From Candidatus Latescibacterota bacterium (GTDB lineage Bacteria > Latescibacterota > UBA2968 > UBA8231): 64,000 nt of DNA. The stretch lies in the NCBI GenBank assembly GCA_965248355.1, contig OZ252098.1:3104001-3168000 (forward strand), read 5' to 3'. The notes beneath the pieces were generated by a model. The model had not been told where the DNA came from and did no database searches. It saw only the letters and a program-made list of their open reading frames with translations. The translations under genes were made by a program, and so were the position numbers. Below are positions 9,907-19,295 of the stretch, piece after piece; the stretch's first letter is position 1; each line of letters begins with the position of its first letter.

Positions 9907-12438
9907 CTACTCCACATGCAGGGTGTAAGGGCCGGTCTCGTCCTGGCCTACGCCTTCGACCCGGATATAGAGAGTGTCGGCCTCAGCCTCGTGCGATATG
10001 CGGAAGTTGAGACCCTGTCCCCCATCATCATTCCTGGCGAGCACCGTGCCTGCATCATCCTCGATGTAGCCAAAGGTATCGAGACCGCCGGTCGTATAGG
10101 CGACCAAGGTTCGCGCCTGGCTGACCTCGACCCGGAAGTAGTCGACATCATTCGGCTCCAAAGCGCTCTGGGTTGCACTCCCCACGTTCACCAAAGTCGC
10201 CGCCGACCGGCTGTCGCCGTGCGCATCCACAACCACATGCAGGGTGTAGGGGCCGGTCTGGGAATCAGCATATCCCTGGACTCGGATGTAGTAGGTGCCG
10301 GCATCCACCACGGCCGTCACTCGGAAGTTGGCACCTTCTCCCCCGTCGTCGTTGCTCGCGAGGACGGTGCCCGTACTGTCCTCGATGTAGCCGTAGGTGT
10401 CCCGATCGCTGGTCGCAAAGGCGGCCAGGATCCCCGCTTGACGGACCTCCACGCGAAAGTAGTCGACGTCATCGGGATCCAACTCGCCTTGCGTCGAACT
10501 CCCCAGAGCCACCAGGGTCGCCGACGAGCGGCTGTCGCCGTGATCTGAGACAGGCGCGGGCGTGTCCAGGGCAATCCAGACAGGCCCCTCCAGTCCGGTG
10601 GCGACGAGGTCTTCCACCTGCGAGCCGTCGAGGTTGGCCCGCTGGATCTTGTCGGTGCCGAAGTCGCTCCAGTACATCTGGCCCCCGGCCAGGTCCAGGG
10701 CCAGCCCCGTGGGACTGGTCAGCCCGGAGACGAGATCCTCGACCTGCGAGCCGTCGAGGTTGGCCCGCTGGATCTTGTCGGTGCCGAAGTCGCTCCAGTA
10801 GAGCTTGCCCCGAGACAGGTCCAGGGCCAGCCCGTTGGGGGTGCGCAAGCCGGCGGTGATCAGGTCTTCGACCTGCGAGCCGTCGAGGTTGGCCCGTTGG
10901 ATCTTGTCGGTCCCCTGATCGGTCCAGTACATCTGGTCCCGGCCAACATCCAGGGCCAGTCCTCCAGGGGTGGTCAGTCCGGTGGTGATCAGGTCTTCGA
11001 CCTGCGACCCGTCCAGGTTGGAACGCTGGATCTTGTTGGTGCCGTAGTCCGTCCAATACACCTTGCCGCCGGCCTTGTCCAGAGCCACCCCATAGGGATT
11101 GTCCAGGCCGGTGGCGACCAGGTCTTCGACGCCGGTGCCGTCCCGATTGGCCCGTTGAATCTTGTTCGCGTTCCAGTCGGACCAGTACATCTTGGACCTG
11201 GTCCCGCCCAGGGCGATTCCGCGTGGGTTGTCCAGTCCGTCGGTAACCAGGTCTTCGAGATCGGAGCCGTCGAGGTTGGCCCGTTGGATCTTGTCGGTGC
11301 CATCATCGGACCAGTACATCTTTCCCCCGGCTACGTCCAAGGCCAGGCTCCAGGGAGAGCTCACCCCGGTGACGAGGTCTTCGACCTGGGAGCCGTCCAG
11401 ATTGGAACGTTGAATCTTGCCCGAGCCCCAATCCGTCCAGTAGATCTTGCCCCCGGCTGCGTTCAAGGCCAGTCCAACGGGATCGCCCAACCCGGTGACC
11501 AGATCTTCGACCTGGGAGCCGTTCAGCTTGGAACGCCGGATCTTGTCCGTGTCCCCCTCCGTCCAGTAGATCCTGCCCCCGGCCAGGTCCAGGGCCAGCA
11601 CAGCGGGATTGCCCAACCCGGTGACCAGGTCTTCGACTTGCGAGCCGTCCAGATTGGAACGCCGGATCTTGTCCGTGTCCCACTCCGTCCAGTAGATCTT
11701 GCCCCCGGCTACGTCCAGGGCCAGCCCATAGGGATCGCCCAACCCGGTGATCAGGTCTTCGACCTGGGAGCCGTCCAGATTGGAACGCCGGATCTTGTCC
11801 GTGTCCCCCTCCGTCCAGTAGATCCTGCCCCCGGCCAGGTCCAGGGCCAGTACAGCGGGATCGCCCAACCCGGTGACCAGATCTTCGACTTGCGAGCCGT
11901 CCAGATTGGAACGCTGGATCTTGTCCGTGCCTCGATCCATCCAGTAGATCTTCGTCGGCCTGCTGACCGACACCGGGCCCACCGGCGCCCCGATCCCGGC
12001 CGGCAGCCGCGGATCGGACGGGTTGATGCCATAGCTGGCAATGAGCCAGGCGTCGGTGACGTCCACCCGGCCGTCCGCATTGACGTCGCCCAGGGCGATG
12101 TCCCCGTCGTTCGGCATGACGGTGGAGGGATCGACGCTGTACAGAAGCACCAGCAGGGCGTCGGCCATGTTGACCCGGCCGTTGCTGTCCACGTCCCCCA
12201 ACAGCCGCCTGCTCTCCGTCGAGGCCGCCTTCGCCCGAGGGGCGTTCTTCGAGGCTTGGACCACCACGTTGACCGGCCCCGCGGCGCGTGCCGCCGAGAA
12301 GGCCGGGTCGACGTAGGGGACCAGCCCGCGCCCCGAGACGGTCAGGCCGTAGACCGGGGACCCGTCCCCTCCTGTGAAGCCGCCCCTCGGCTCGCCCGAG
12401 GGCGCCGGAACGCCGGCCTGTCCGTCGACGAGCACCAT
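9907..12438 (-). CDS. Surface-type protein: dockerin-like domain, 11 YWTD/LDLR-B propeller repeats, 2 PPC-like domains; probably 5'-truncated
   Basis: GDVDSNGRVNMADA/GDVNADGRVDVTDA; 11 YW(T/S/M)(D/E) repeats; two HGDSRS..AT domains; no signal peptide or SD, and the in-frame upstream VYLYRL remnant lacks a start codon. Confidence 0.8.
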   Translation of the reverse strand: MVLVDGQAGVPAPSGEPRGGFTGGDGSPVYGLTVSGRGLVPYVDPAFSAARAAGPVNVVVQASKNAPRAKAASTESRRLLGDVDSNGRVNMADALLVLLYSVDPSTVMPNDGDIALGDVNADGRVDVTDAWLIASYGINPSDPRLPAGIGAPVGPVSVSRPTKIYWMDRGTDKIQRSNLDGSQVEDLVTGLGDPAVLALDLAGGRIYWTEGDTDKIRRSNLDGSQVEDLITGLGDPYGLALDVAGGKIYWTEWDTDKIRRSNLDGSQVEDLVTGLGNPAVLALDLAGGRIYWTEGDTDKIRRSKLNGSQVEDLVTGLGDPVGLALNAAGGKIYWTDWGSGKIQRSNLDGSQVEDLVTGVSSPWSLALDVAGGKMYWSDDGTDKIQRANLDGSDLEDLVTDGLDNPRGIALGGTRSKMYWSDWNANKIQRANRDGTGVEDLVATGLDNPYGVALDKAGGKVYWTDYGTNKIQRSNLDGSQVEDLITTGLTTPGGLALDVGRDQMYWTDQGTDKIQRANLDGSQVEDLITAGLRTPNGLALDLSRGKLYWSDFGTDKIQRANLDGSQVEDLVSGLTSPTGLALDLAGGQMYWSDFGTDKIQRANLDGSQVEDLVATGLEGPVWIALDTPAPVSDHGDSRSSATLVALGSSTQGELDPDDVDYFRVEVRQAGILAAFATSDRDTYGYIEDSTGTVLASNDDGGEGANFRVTAVVDAGTYYIRVQGYADSQTGPYTLHVVVDAHGDSRSAATLVNVGSATQSALEPNDVDYFRVEVSQARTLVAYTTGGLDTFGYIEDDAGTVLARNDDGGQGLNFRISHEAEADTLYIRVEGVGQDETGPYTLHVE
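10600..11950 (-). repeat. Intragenic ~126-129 bp tandem repeats encoding YWTD blades
   Basis: Near-identical TTCGAC(C/T)TG(G/C)GAGCCGT copies recur at 126-bp spacing from about 11381 to 11885. Confidence 0.9.
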
Positions 12439-12534
12439 GCGCTCCGTCAGGCTGACACCGCCGCCTCGCAGCCGGTAGAGATAGACGGGCTCAGGCGCGG
12501 AGAAGGGACTCGATCCCTTCGCGCGGATTGCGAG

Positions 12535-13338
12535 TCAGCGGGCGCCGACTGGGTCGATCTGGTATTCCGCCGCCACCGGATTCCGCAGCACGCCGATTCC
12601 CTCGATCTCGATCTCCACCACGTCGCCGGGGTGCACCTCGCCGACGCCGGAGGGAGTGCCGGTCATGATGACGTCGCCGGGGAGCAGGGTGACGGCGGCG
12701 CTGAGGTACTCGATCAGCTCGGCCACCGTGAAGATCAGGTCCGCTGTCGAGGTGGACTGCACGACGCGGCCGTTGAGGCGGGTCGTCAGCGGCAGGTCCG
12801 AGGGGTCGAGGCCGGTGGCGATCCAGGGACCCAGGGGCTTGAAGGTGTCGAAGCCCTTGCCGATGAGCAGGCAGCCGTTGGCCATCTCCGCCTTCTGGAT
12901 GACGCGCTCGCTCACGTCGTTGCCGATGGTGTAGCCGAAGACGTGGTCGAGGGCCCGCTCTGCGGAGACGCGCCGGGCGGGGGTGCCGATGACGACGGCC
13001 AGCTCGCCCTCGTAGTGGACGACGCGGCCCTGCCTGGGGTAGACGATGTCGTCGCCGGGGTTGCAGACCGCCGTCGACGGCAGGTGGAAGAGCATCGGCT
13101 GCTCGGGCTCGGGGAGGCCGCTCTCGGCGGCGTGCTCGGCGTAGTTCAGGCCCACGCCGATCAGGCGCGGGTCGGCCACCGGCGCCAGCAGGCGCACCTC
13201 GGCGAGGGGGATGCGGCTCTGCGTGCGGCGCAGCCCATCGAACCCGGGGTCCTCGAGGAGGTCCAGCGTGTCGTCGCCGGCGAAGACTCCGTAGCCCTCG
13301 CGGCCGTCGTGCTCGAAGCGGGCGATCCGCTCAGTCAT
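12535..13338 (-). CDS. Fumarylacetoacetate hydrolase family protein
   Basis: GLNYAEHA, HYEGEL, GNDVSER, GKGFDTFKPLGP, TGTPSGVG. Confidence 0.93.
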   Translation of the reverse strand: MTERIARFEHDGREGYGVFAGDDTLDLLEDPGFDGLRRTQSRIPLAEVRLLAPVADPRLIGVGLNYAEHAAESGLPEPEQPMLFHLPSTAVCNPGDDIVYPRQGRVVHYEGELAVVIGTPARRVSAERALDHVFGYTIGNDVSERVIQKAEMANGCLLIGKGFDTFKPLGPWIATGLDPSDLPLTTRLNGRVVQSTSTADLIFTVAELIEYLSAAVTLLPGDVIMTGTPSGVGEVHPGDVVEIEIEGIGVLRNPVAAEYQIDPVGAR

Positions 13339-14260
13339 CTTCCTCCACCTCCTCTTCCATTCGCCGGTGGTGTCCCGGCAGGTCGGCGGCCTCGGCCCCG
13401 CCGTCGTGGACGACCAGGCGCAGGCCACATGCGAATTCGGCGCCGCGCTTCACGGCCACGGCCGCGGCGGCGAAGGGGTTCACCGTCATGGTGCCCCAGT
13501 CGGTGACGTACCAGGGGTGGCCGGCGGTGTCGCCGTGGGGCATGAGGGCCACGCCGGCGGTCCGTCCCCCGCCGGCCGGGCCGGAGCAGTCCACCCAGTC
13601 GGAACGGGTACCCGAGACGGCTTCCGGGCCCTGGCGGCCCTGCGAGTCCGTCACCTGGCCTCCGTGGCTCGGACGCAGGCTCTCGGCCAGGCGCACGCCG
13701 AACCAGGCGTGGCGCGTGGGGCCGATCTGCAGGTCCCACTCCGTGGGCGACAGGCGCGAGCGCAGGTCGATGACGTTGGCCTCGTCGAGGGGGCGCACGT
13801 CGATGACGCGCTCCTCGGCCGCTACGACCCGCCCCTCGGGCGCCCCCCACTCCCGGGGTCCGCGCCACTGCAGCCGCTGGGTGAGCCGCAGCCGCCCCTC
13901 GCCGCGCTCCTCGTGCTCCAGGCCGACGGCCTCGATGCGCCCCGGGGCCCGCCCCTGGAAGGTGTCGTTCACGTAGAAGTTGTAGGTCCCCGGCTCGCTG
14001 TCGCCGCCGGCGAAGGGCAGCTCCGCCGTGACGCGGTCGGCGGCGATCCACACCGAGTTGTGATGGGGGTGGTCGACGGGGCTCTCGGAGGTGACGGGCA
14101 CGCCGGAGGGGGTGTACACGGGAAAGAGGTAGGCTCGGAAGGGACCCTGGCTCAGGGAGAAGAGGTGCCGGCCGCAAGAACGGACGTCGGTGCGGCGGCT
14201 GTGGGCGGAGGCCCCGGAAGGCAGGGCCACCGCCTCGTCGCCCACCGAGAACGAACTCAT
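13331..14260 (-). CDS. PmoA-like/DUF6807 family protein
   Basis: AYLFPVYTPSG, SPVDHPHHNSVW, FGVRLA, WVDCSG. Confidence 0.8.
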   Translation of the reverse strand: MSSFSVGDEAVALPSGASAHSRRTDVRSCGRHLFSLSQGPFRAYLFPVYTPSGVPVTSESPVDHPHHNSVWIAADRVTAELPFAGGDSEPGTYNFYVNDTFQGRAPGRIEAVGLEHEERGEGRLRLTQRLQWRGPREWGAPEGRVVAAEERVIDVRPLDEANVIDLRSRLSPTEWDLQIGPTRHAWFGVRLAESLRPSHGGQVTDSQGRQGPEAVSGTRSDWVDCSGPAGGGRTAGVALMPHGDTAGHPWYVTDWGTMTVNPFAAAAVAVKRGAEFACGLRLVVHDGGAEAADLPGHHRRMEEEVEEDD

Positions 14261-15099
14261 CCCCGCTCCACGCCGGCCTCGCGGAAGGCCCGGGTCATCG
14301 AGTCGTAGCTGATCCTGGCCGCCTCTTCCACGTCGTAGTCGTCGCGGCCCCAGATGCGGCCGCTCACCTCCAGGGTGAGGAAGCCCTCCCATCCGCCCGC
14401 GGCCATGGCCTTCACGTAGGCCGCGGCGTCGAGATCCCCCTGTCCGAGGAGCAGCAGGTCGAAGCTGCCGTCGTCGTGGCGGCGGGCGTCGGTGACGTGG
14501 GTGTGGCCGGTGATCGGCAGCAGGCGCTCCACGGCCTCGGTCTCGTCCTCCCCCGCCAGGTAGAAGTGGACGATGTCGAAGTGCAGGCGCACCGCCGGGC
14601 TGGCGACGCTCTCGATCACCCACAGGGCGCGCTCCGAGCGGTCCACGGCGGCGCGGCAATGGGCCTCCGCGGCCACGAGGAACCCCTCCTGCCGGGCCAG
14701 CCGCCCGTAGTCCCCGAGGTGGTCGACGATGCGGCCCTTCAGCTGCTCCCACTGGTCCTTGCGGCCGCCGATGCCGAGGGCCACCACGGGGGGCTCGGGG
14801 CCCAGGTCCCGGGCGAGTCCGGCGCAGCGTTTCACGTGCTCCTGGGTGCGCCGGTGCCCGTCCTCGTCCTCGGCCAGGGCGTGGGCGAGGGTGAACACCG
14901 CCGGGACGCCCAGGCCCAGCCGCCCGAGCAACTCGCGCAGCCGCCGGCGCCGGCCGGCGTCCATCTCCTCCGGCATCGAGGCGGCGTGACCGGGGCTGAC
15001 GCAGATCTCGACCCCGTCGTAGCCGATCTCCGCCAGCAGCGGCGCCGCCTGCTCCAGGGGCAGGTCCGGCATGGCGTAGGTGCCGTAGGCGATGCGCAA
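14257..15099 (-). CDS. Sugar phosphate isomerase/epimerase (TIM barrel)
   Basis: GYDGVEI, AEAH, FDIVHF, HTHVTD, LTLEV. Confidence 0.88.
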   Translation of the reverse strand: MRIAYGTYAMPDLPLEQAAPLLAEIGYDGVEICVSPGHAASMPEEMDAGRRRRLRELLGRLGLGVPAVFTLAHALAEDEDGHRRTQEHVKRCAGLARDLGPEPPVVALGIGGRKDQWEQLKGRIVDHLGDYGRLARQEGFLVAAEAHCRAAVDRSERALWVIESVASPAVRLHFDIVHFYLAGEDETEAVERLLPITGHTHVTDARRHDDGSFDLLLLGQGDLDAAAYVKAMAAGGWEGFLTLEVSGRIWGRDDYDVEEAARISYDSMTRAFREAGVERG

Positions 15100-15101
15100 C
15101 G

Positions 15102-15608
15102 CTACTCGAAGACGCCGCAGCGGAGCATGGCGGCCCCGTAGTAGGGGTTCATGATCTCGCCCTCGGGCTGGATCCAGCGTCCGCCCTCGTTGGCGAAGGC
15201 CATGGGGCAGAAGGCCACCTGCAGCCCCTCGGGCAGGGGGGACTCGATCAGCTTCGCCGACAGGTCCCGGAAGGCGAGGCGGGCGCCGGCCAGGTCCGCG
15301 GCCTGCGCCGCGGATTCGGCCAGGGGGCGCAGGTCGTCCTGGGCGTGCCCGGCCAGGGCGGCCAGGGCGGCGGCGGCCTCCTCGAAGCGGTCGTGGGCCA
15401 GGGCGTCCTGGGCCCGCAGGTAGGCGCGCACCACGCCGGGGGGGCGGTCCTCGAAGCGGCCCGGGTCGTACGCCGCGGCCGGCTCGGCGGCGGGTGCCTC
15501 GGCGGCGGGCGGGTCCTCCACAGGCTCGGAGGCGCAGGCGGCCAGCAGGGCGCCCGCCGCGATGGCGGCGACGAAGGTGCTCGGAAGGGTCGGGGGTATG
15601 CGCCGCAT
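15102..15608 (-). CDS. DUF3347-like lipoprotein
   Basis: Lipobox LAAC; FCPMA...W.Q...IMNPYYGAAMLRCG. Confidence 0.85.
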   Translation of the reverse strand: MRRIPPTLPSTFVAAIAAGALLAACASEPVEDPPAAEAPAAEPAAAYDPGRFEDRPPGVVRAYLRAQDALAHDRFEEAAAALAALAGHAQDDLRPLAESAAQAADLAGARLAFRDLSAKLIESPLPEGLQVAFCPMAFANEGGRWIQPEGEIMNPYYGAAMLRCGVFE

Positions 15609-15619
15609 GATTCGCTCCT

Positions 15620-16348
15620 TCAGGCGTGGGCCAGGGGGAAGGTGCCCAGGTAGCCCCGGGGCCGCGACACGAACCAGACGCCCTCGTGCATGGGCGTCAC
15701 CTGGTAGTGGCAGACCACGTTGGAGCGCTCCATGTCGTCGCGCTCCTTGGCGCCCTGGTGGGGGATGTGGCTCAGAAAGACGACGCAGTCGCCCGCCTTC
15801 GGGTAGAGAACGACGTGCTCCTGCGCCTCGCACCAGGCCTCGAACCTGGGCCGGTCCATGGGCTCCAGGTGGGGCGGCTCGGAGAGGTGGCCGTCCTTGA
15901 TGAACTTCAGGTGCCCCTCGCCCGGGCCGTTGTCCTGGAAGTAGAAGGTGGTGTTCATGCCCGCCGCCGGCACCGCCAGACGCGCGCCGTCGAGGCGCCG
16001 CCTCTCCCGCCAGTACCCGTAGAAGTCCATGTGCCACTCCTGCACGTAGGCCCCGGGATTGATGTGGGCGCGGAAGCTGCGCAGCTGGCACTGGGGTCCC
16101 ATCATGCCCTGCAGGACGGGGCGCACGCCGGGGTGCGCCACCAGGGGGGCGAAGGTCTCCGGCTCGCGGTCGAGGAGGCTGTCGAACCACATGTTGCCCA
16201 CCTCGTTCAGGCCCTCCTCCCAGCCCTGCCCGCGGGCGTGGTCGATGCGCCGCCGCACGTGGTCCGTCTCCTCGGGGGCGAGGACGCCCTCCAGCAGGAG
16301 GAATCCGTCGCGCTCCAGCTGGTCCAGCCGCTGATCCAGCCCTTCCAC
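15620..16348 (-). CDS. Phytanoyl-CoA dioxygenase family (Fe/2OG)
   Basis: LERDGFLLL, WHMD, KAGDCVVFLSHIPH; SD AGGAG before GTG. Confidence 0.85.
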   Translation of the reverse strand: MEGLDQRLDQLERDGFLLLEGVLAPEETDHVRRRIDHARGQGWEEGLNEVGNMWFDSLLDREPETFAPLVAHPGVRPVLQGMMGPQCQLRSFRAHINPGAYVQEWHMDFYGYWRERRRLDGARLAVPAAGMNTTFYFQDNGPGEGHLKFIKDGHLSEPPHLEPMDRPRFEAWCEAQEHVVLYPKAGDCVVFLSHIPHQGAKERDDMERSNVVCHYQVTPMHEGVWFVSRPRGYLGTFPLAHA

Positions 16349-16498
16349 GGCTCGACTCCTGTTCGTGGGTTGGTGCATCCGTGCATGCATCGCGGGGCGG
16401 GGGAATATAGCCGAAGGCGGTATGCGCCGTCACCGGCCGGCGAGGGTGCTGACGGGGCGGCTGCTCCACCTCGAGCGGCGAACGGCTCGGGGCTGAAA

Positions 16499-17338
16499 TC
16501 ACCCCCGGGCGGGCTCGGCCGTCTCCTCCCGCGCCCTGGCGGCCAGCCCGGCGAGGTGGCCGTCGTTGGCGCGCACCTGCTCCAGGTGCACCATGCGGCG
16601 CTTGCCGGCGGTCTCCATCATCGTGTCGCCGTAGACGCGGTCGATCCAGAACCGGGCGTGGACGGCGATGTACTCGCGCAGCGCCGGCAGCTCCTCCTCC
16701 GGGAACCGCTGCGAGCAGTTGATGGTGAACATGCGGCGGCGGGCCGAGCCGCCGAAGGCGGCGTGCTTCAGGTTGTGGTTGAAGACCAGCACGTCGCCGG
16801 GCTTCGTCTCCAGGGGCAGGCACGGCAGGTCGCGCGCTTCCATCCCCCAGGTCTCCGGGATCTCGCGGATGTGCTCCTGCACGGTGCCCGCGAACCCGTC
16901 CTCCAGGTGGTGGCTGCCGGGGATCACCCGCAGGCAGCCGCTGTCGCGGGTCAGGGGGTCGAGGTAGAGGGCGACCTTGACGAAGCGCAGGCGGCGGCCC
17001 CAGCCGTCGGAGTGCCAGCGGGTGTCGCCGGCGTAGTAGTTGCCGTCGGAGCCGACGTAGTTGAAGTCGGGGCCGATCAGGCTGGACAGCAGGCCCTCGA
17101 TGCGGGCGTCGTCGAGCAAGGCGCACAGCCGCGGGTGCTGGTCGATGAAGGGCACGATGCAGGAGCGCTGCTCGCCGTCGTGAGGGGCGCCGTGATGACC
17201 GCCGCCGCGCCCGGCCCACACGGCCTCGAAGGCCTCGAGGATCTCGTCGATGCAGTCTCCGAGCAGGCCGGGGAATGCGAGGAAGCCGAAGGTCTCGAAG
17301 AAGCGCAGTTGTTCGGGCGTGAGTCTGCGATCGGTCAT
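16499..17338 (-). CDS. Phytanoyl-CoA dioxygenase family (Fe/2OG)
   Basis: FFETFGFL, WHSD, GCLRVIPGSH, PGDVLVFNHNLKHA. Confidence 0.9.
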   Translation of the reverse strand: MTDRRLTPEQLRFFETFGFLAFPGLLGDCIDEILEAFEAVWAGRGGGHHGAPHDGEQRSCIVPFIDQHPRLCALLDDARIEGLLSSLIGPDFNYVGSDGNYYAGDTRWHSDGWGRRLRFVKVALYLDPLTRDSGCLRVIPGSHHLEDGFAGTVQEHIREIPETWGMEARDLPCLPLETKPGDVLVFNHNLKHAAFGGSARRRMFTINCSQRFPEEELPALREYIAVHARFWIDRVYGDTMMETAGKRRMVHLEQVRANDGHLAGLAARAREETAEPARG

Positions 17339-17811
17339 GGCGGCACCGGGAGTCAGGAGGGCAGGGAGCGCAGGGGAGCCTGCCAAATAAAGGCTCGTCG
17401 CGCATTTCGGAGTAGGGCCATGGGCCGAGGCTCCCCTGCCGGGCCCCGGACAACGGGTTCCGTATCCACCCATTTCTCCAGAGGAATTGTAGATCTGTCG
17501 ATTTTTGAAGATTTGTCATGGTCGTCAAAAAGGGAGGGTATCCGGGTCCCTCAGGGCGGCTTTGAAGGCGTATTGGCAGCAGCCCTGGCGCCGCTGAGAG
17601 CCATGTCATTCCGACCTTTGAGAGGCATCGTGGTTCCAGCGCCGACAAGGGCCGGGGCTTCTGCAGCCTGCCCTGGATGGAGCATCCCCGCGAGCTGCTT
17701 CCGGAGTTGGAACGGATCGCCCTCCTCCAAGGTCAATAGTACCGAGACCGATGCCTTGTCAGACGGGGTCATCGACCAATCTGGCATCAGGCCGACCAAG
17801 GAAGAGCGAAA

Positions 17812-17988
17812 AGCGTGCAAACGCTGGCACGCTCACGACCCCGAGGTCGGAGGGGGAGTCGAAAGGCGGCCACAGGCCGACACGATCTGCAAACGATGGC
17901 ACGGGTATCCTTTCAAGGGGCGGACGAGGGACGGCAAGACGATGCCGGAGCATCTACCAACAGCACATACGACCTGCAAACGATGGCA
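17812..17988. promoter_or_regulatory. Three LacI-type operator-like sites TGCAAACG(A/C)TGGCA
   Basis: Copies at 17816-17829, 17888-17901 and 17975-17988; CG-centred pseudo-palindrome; upstream of a LacI gene. Confidence 0.7.
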
Positions 17989-18178
17989 AGCGATCTCTGC
18001 CCGGAGGGGCGGGGTGTTTGATACCACAAGAACCGACGGACATGCCCTCCTCAGGCTGGGACTTCAGTTCCTTGACAGCATTGTCGAGGCCTTTCCTCTT
18101 TCCCTGGAGTCTGACATGAGCTCCTACGGTCTCGCACGCAGAAGGCCCGGGTTTCGCGGATTGCCGGGCCAGGTAGAA

Positions 18179-19222
18179 ATGAAGCAAGTTACAATCAAGG
18201 ATATCGCACGGGAGTCGGGGATCTCATACTCGACCGTGTCACGGGCCCTCTCTCAGGATCCGAAGGTGTCCGCACTGGTGGCTGCCGGGACCAGGAAACT
18301 GGTCCAGAGAGTAGCCGCTGAGATGGACTACAATCCCAATCTGATGGCCCAGGGGATTGTCATGGGCAAGACAAGCACCCTGGGTCTGCTGACCTACGAG
18401 ATCTCCCACGAGCTATTCGGCACTCAAGCGGATCATATTCTGAGAGCGGCCGACAAGCACAAGTACCAGATCCTGATAGCCATGCGTGTTCACCGGCGGC
18501 CCGGGATTCTGGATGAGGAGGTTCGGCAGATCAGGCAGCTGCTCTCCCGGCGGGTGGACGGACTGTTCATTCATACAAGGGGCGACTCGGGAGAGTCGGA
18601 GCGCATTCGAGGGGCGGTGCGGGGACGAGTGCCGGTGGTGACCTTTTGCCACCCCACGCCGGACCTGAGTGGTGTCGTGGTGGACGAGAGGGCGGGCTTC
18701 TTGGAGGCCACGGAACACTTGATCCAGTTGGGCCACGAGCGGATTGGATTCATCGGAACAAGGTGGGACAGGAACATCCTGGGCTCGGCCAAGGCCAAGG
18801 GGTACATGCTGGCCATGCGCAAGCATGGTCTGACCCCCCAACGCATACCTGGCAAGACCTTTCCCGCAATGCCCATGAATCGTCTGGGGGAATGGCTCGG
18901 CGACCGGTTCACGGCCCTTGTGTGCCGAAACGACTATACGGCCCTTTGCGCTTGCCGAGGGCTGCGGGAGGCGGGGTATCGCATTCCCGAGAATGTAGCC
19001 GTGATAGGGAGCGGTGATATCGGCGCGGGGGCCTATCTCACACCGGCGCTGACGACCATCGAGATCCCCCATGAGGAGCTGGCCCGGGCGGCGATGGAGC
19101 TGATGCTGGAACAACTCCGGGGCCAGGACGACCGCCGTCAGGCAACCCTGAAGTCGCGTCTGGTCGTGCGCGAATCCTGCGGCGCGAATACGGACAAGCT
19201 GCCCCCGGCCTCGGCATCCTGA
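18179..19222 (+). CDS. LacI family transcriptional regulator
   Basis: TIKDIARESGISYSTVSRAL HTH, YNPN hinge, GHERIGFI, PALTTI, LVVRES. Confidence 0.95.
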   Translation: MKQVTIKDIARESGISYSTVSRALSQDPKVSALVAAGTRKLVQRVAAEMDYNPNLMAQGIVMGKTSTLGLLTYEISHELFGTQADHILRAADKHKYQILIAMRVHRRPGILDEEVRQIRQLLSRRVDGLFIHTRGDSGESERIRGAVRGRVPVVTFCHPTPDLSGVVVDERAGFLEATEHLIQLGHERIGFIGTRWDRNILGSAKAKGYMLAMRKHGLTPQRIPGKTFPAMPMNRLGEWLGDRFTALVCRNDYTALCACRGLREAGYRIPENVAVIGSGDIGAGAYLTPALTTIEIPHEELARAAMELMLEQLRGQDDRRQATLKSRLVVRESCGANTDKLPPASAS

Positions 19223-19295
19223 CCTCCAGCGGTCCGGGAGTTGTCCGATCGGGCCAGGGCACCTATCTCTTCGGGAACCGAAGGGATGATGCCTG

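Noticed and set aside
10600..11950. CRISPR-like or non-coding repeat array
   Set aside because: Repeats are in-frame protein blades with no unique spacers.
12438..12537. Stop-codon read-through fusing FAH to the YWTD protein
   Set aside because: Same frame and a nearby hairpin, but there is no functional logic; a 5' truncation explains it more simply.
13331..14260. Methane monooxygenase function for the PmoA-like protein
   Set aside because: The family name is misleading; this is a soluble protein in a sugar-catabolic context with no pmoBC.
17551..17820. Small minus-strand ORF upstream of the dioxygenases
   Set aside because: No recognisable motif or SD and weak codon bias; cannot be supported.
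17816..17988. Mini-CRISPR from three spaced repeats
   Set aside because: Repeats are only 14-21 bp with unequal long spacing and no cas genes; a LacI operator explains them better.
15626..18178. 1198-aa ORF as a single protein
   Set aside because: It is an antisense shadow of two dioxygenases running into the real LacI, which starts at 18179. The same applies to most long Arg/Pro/Gly-rich ORFs in the track (e.g. 10897-13506, 57924-60833, and the N-terminal part of 39415-42633).
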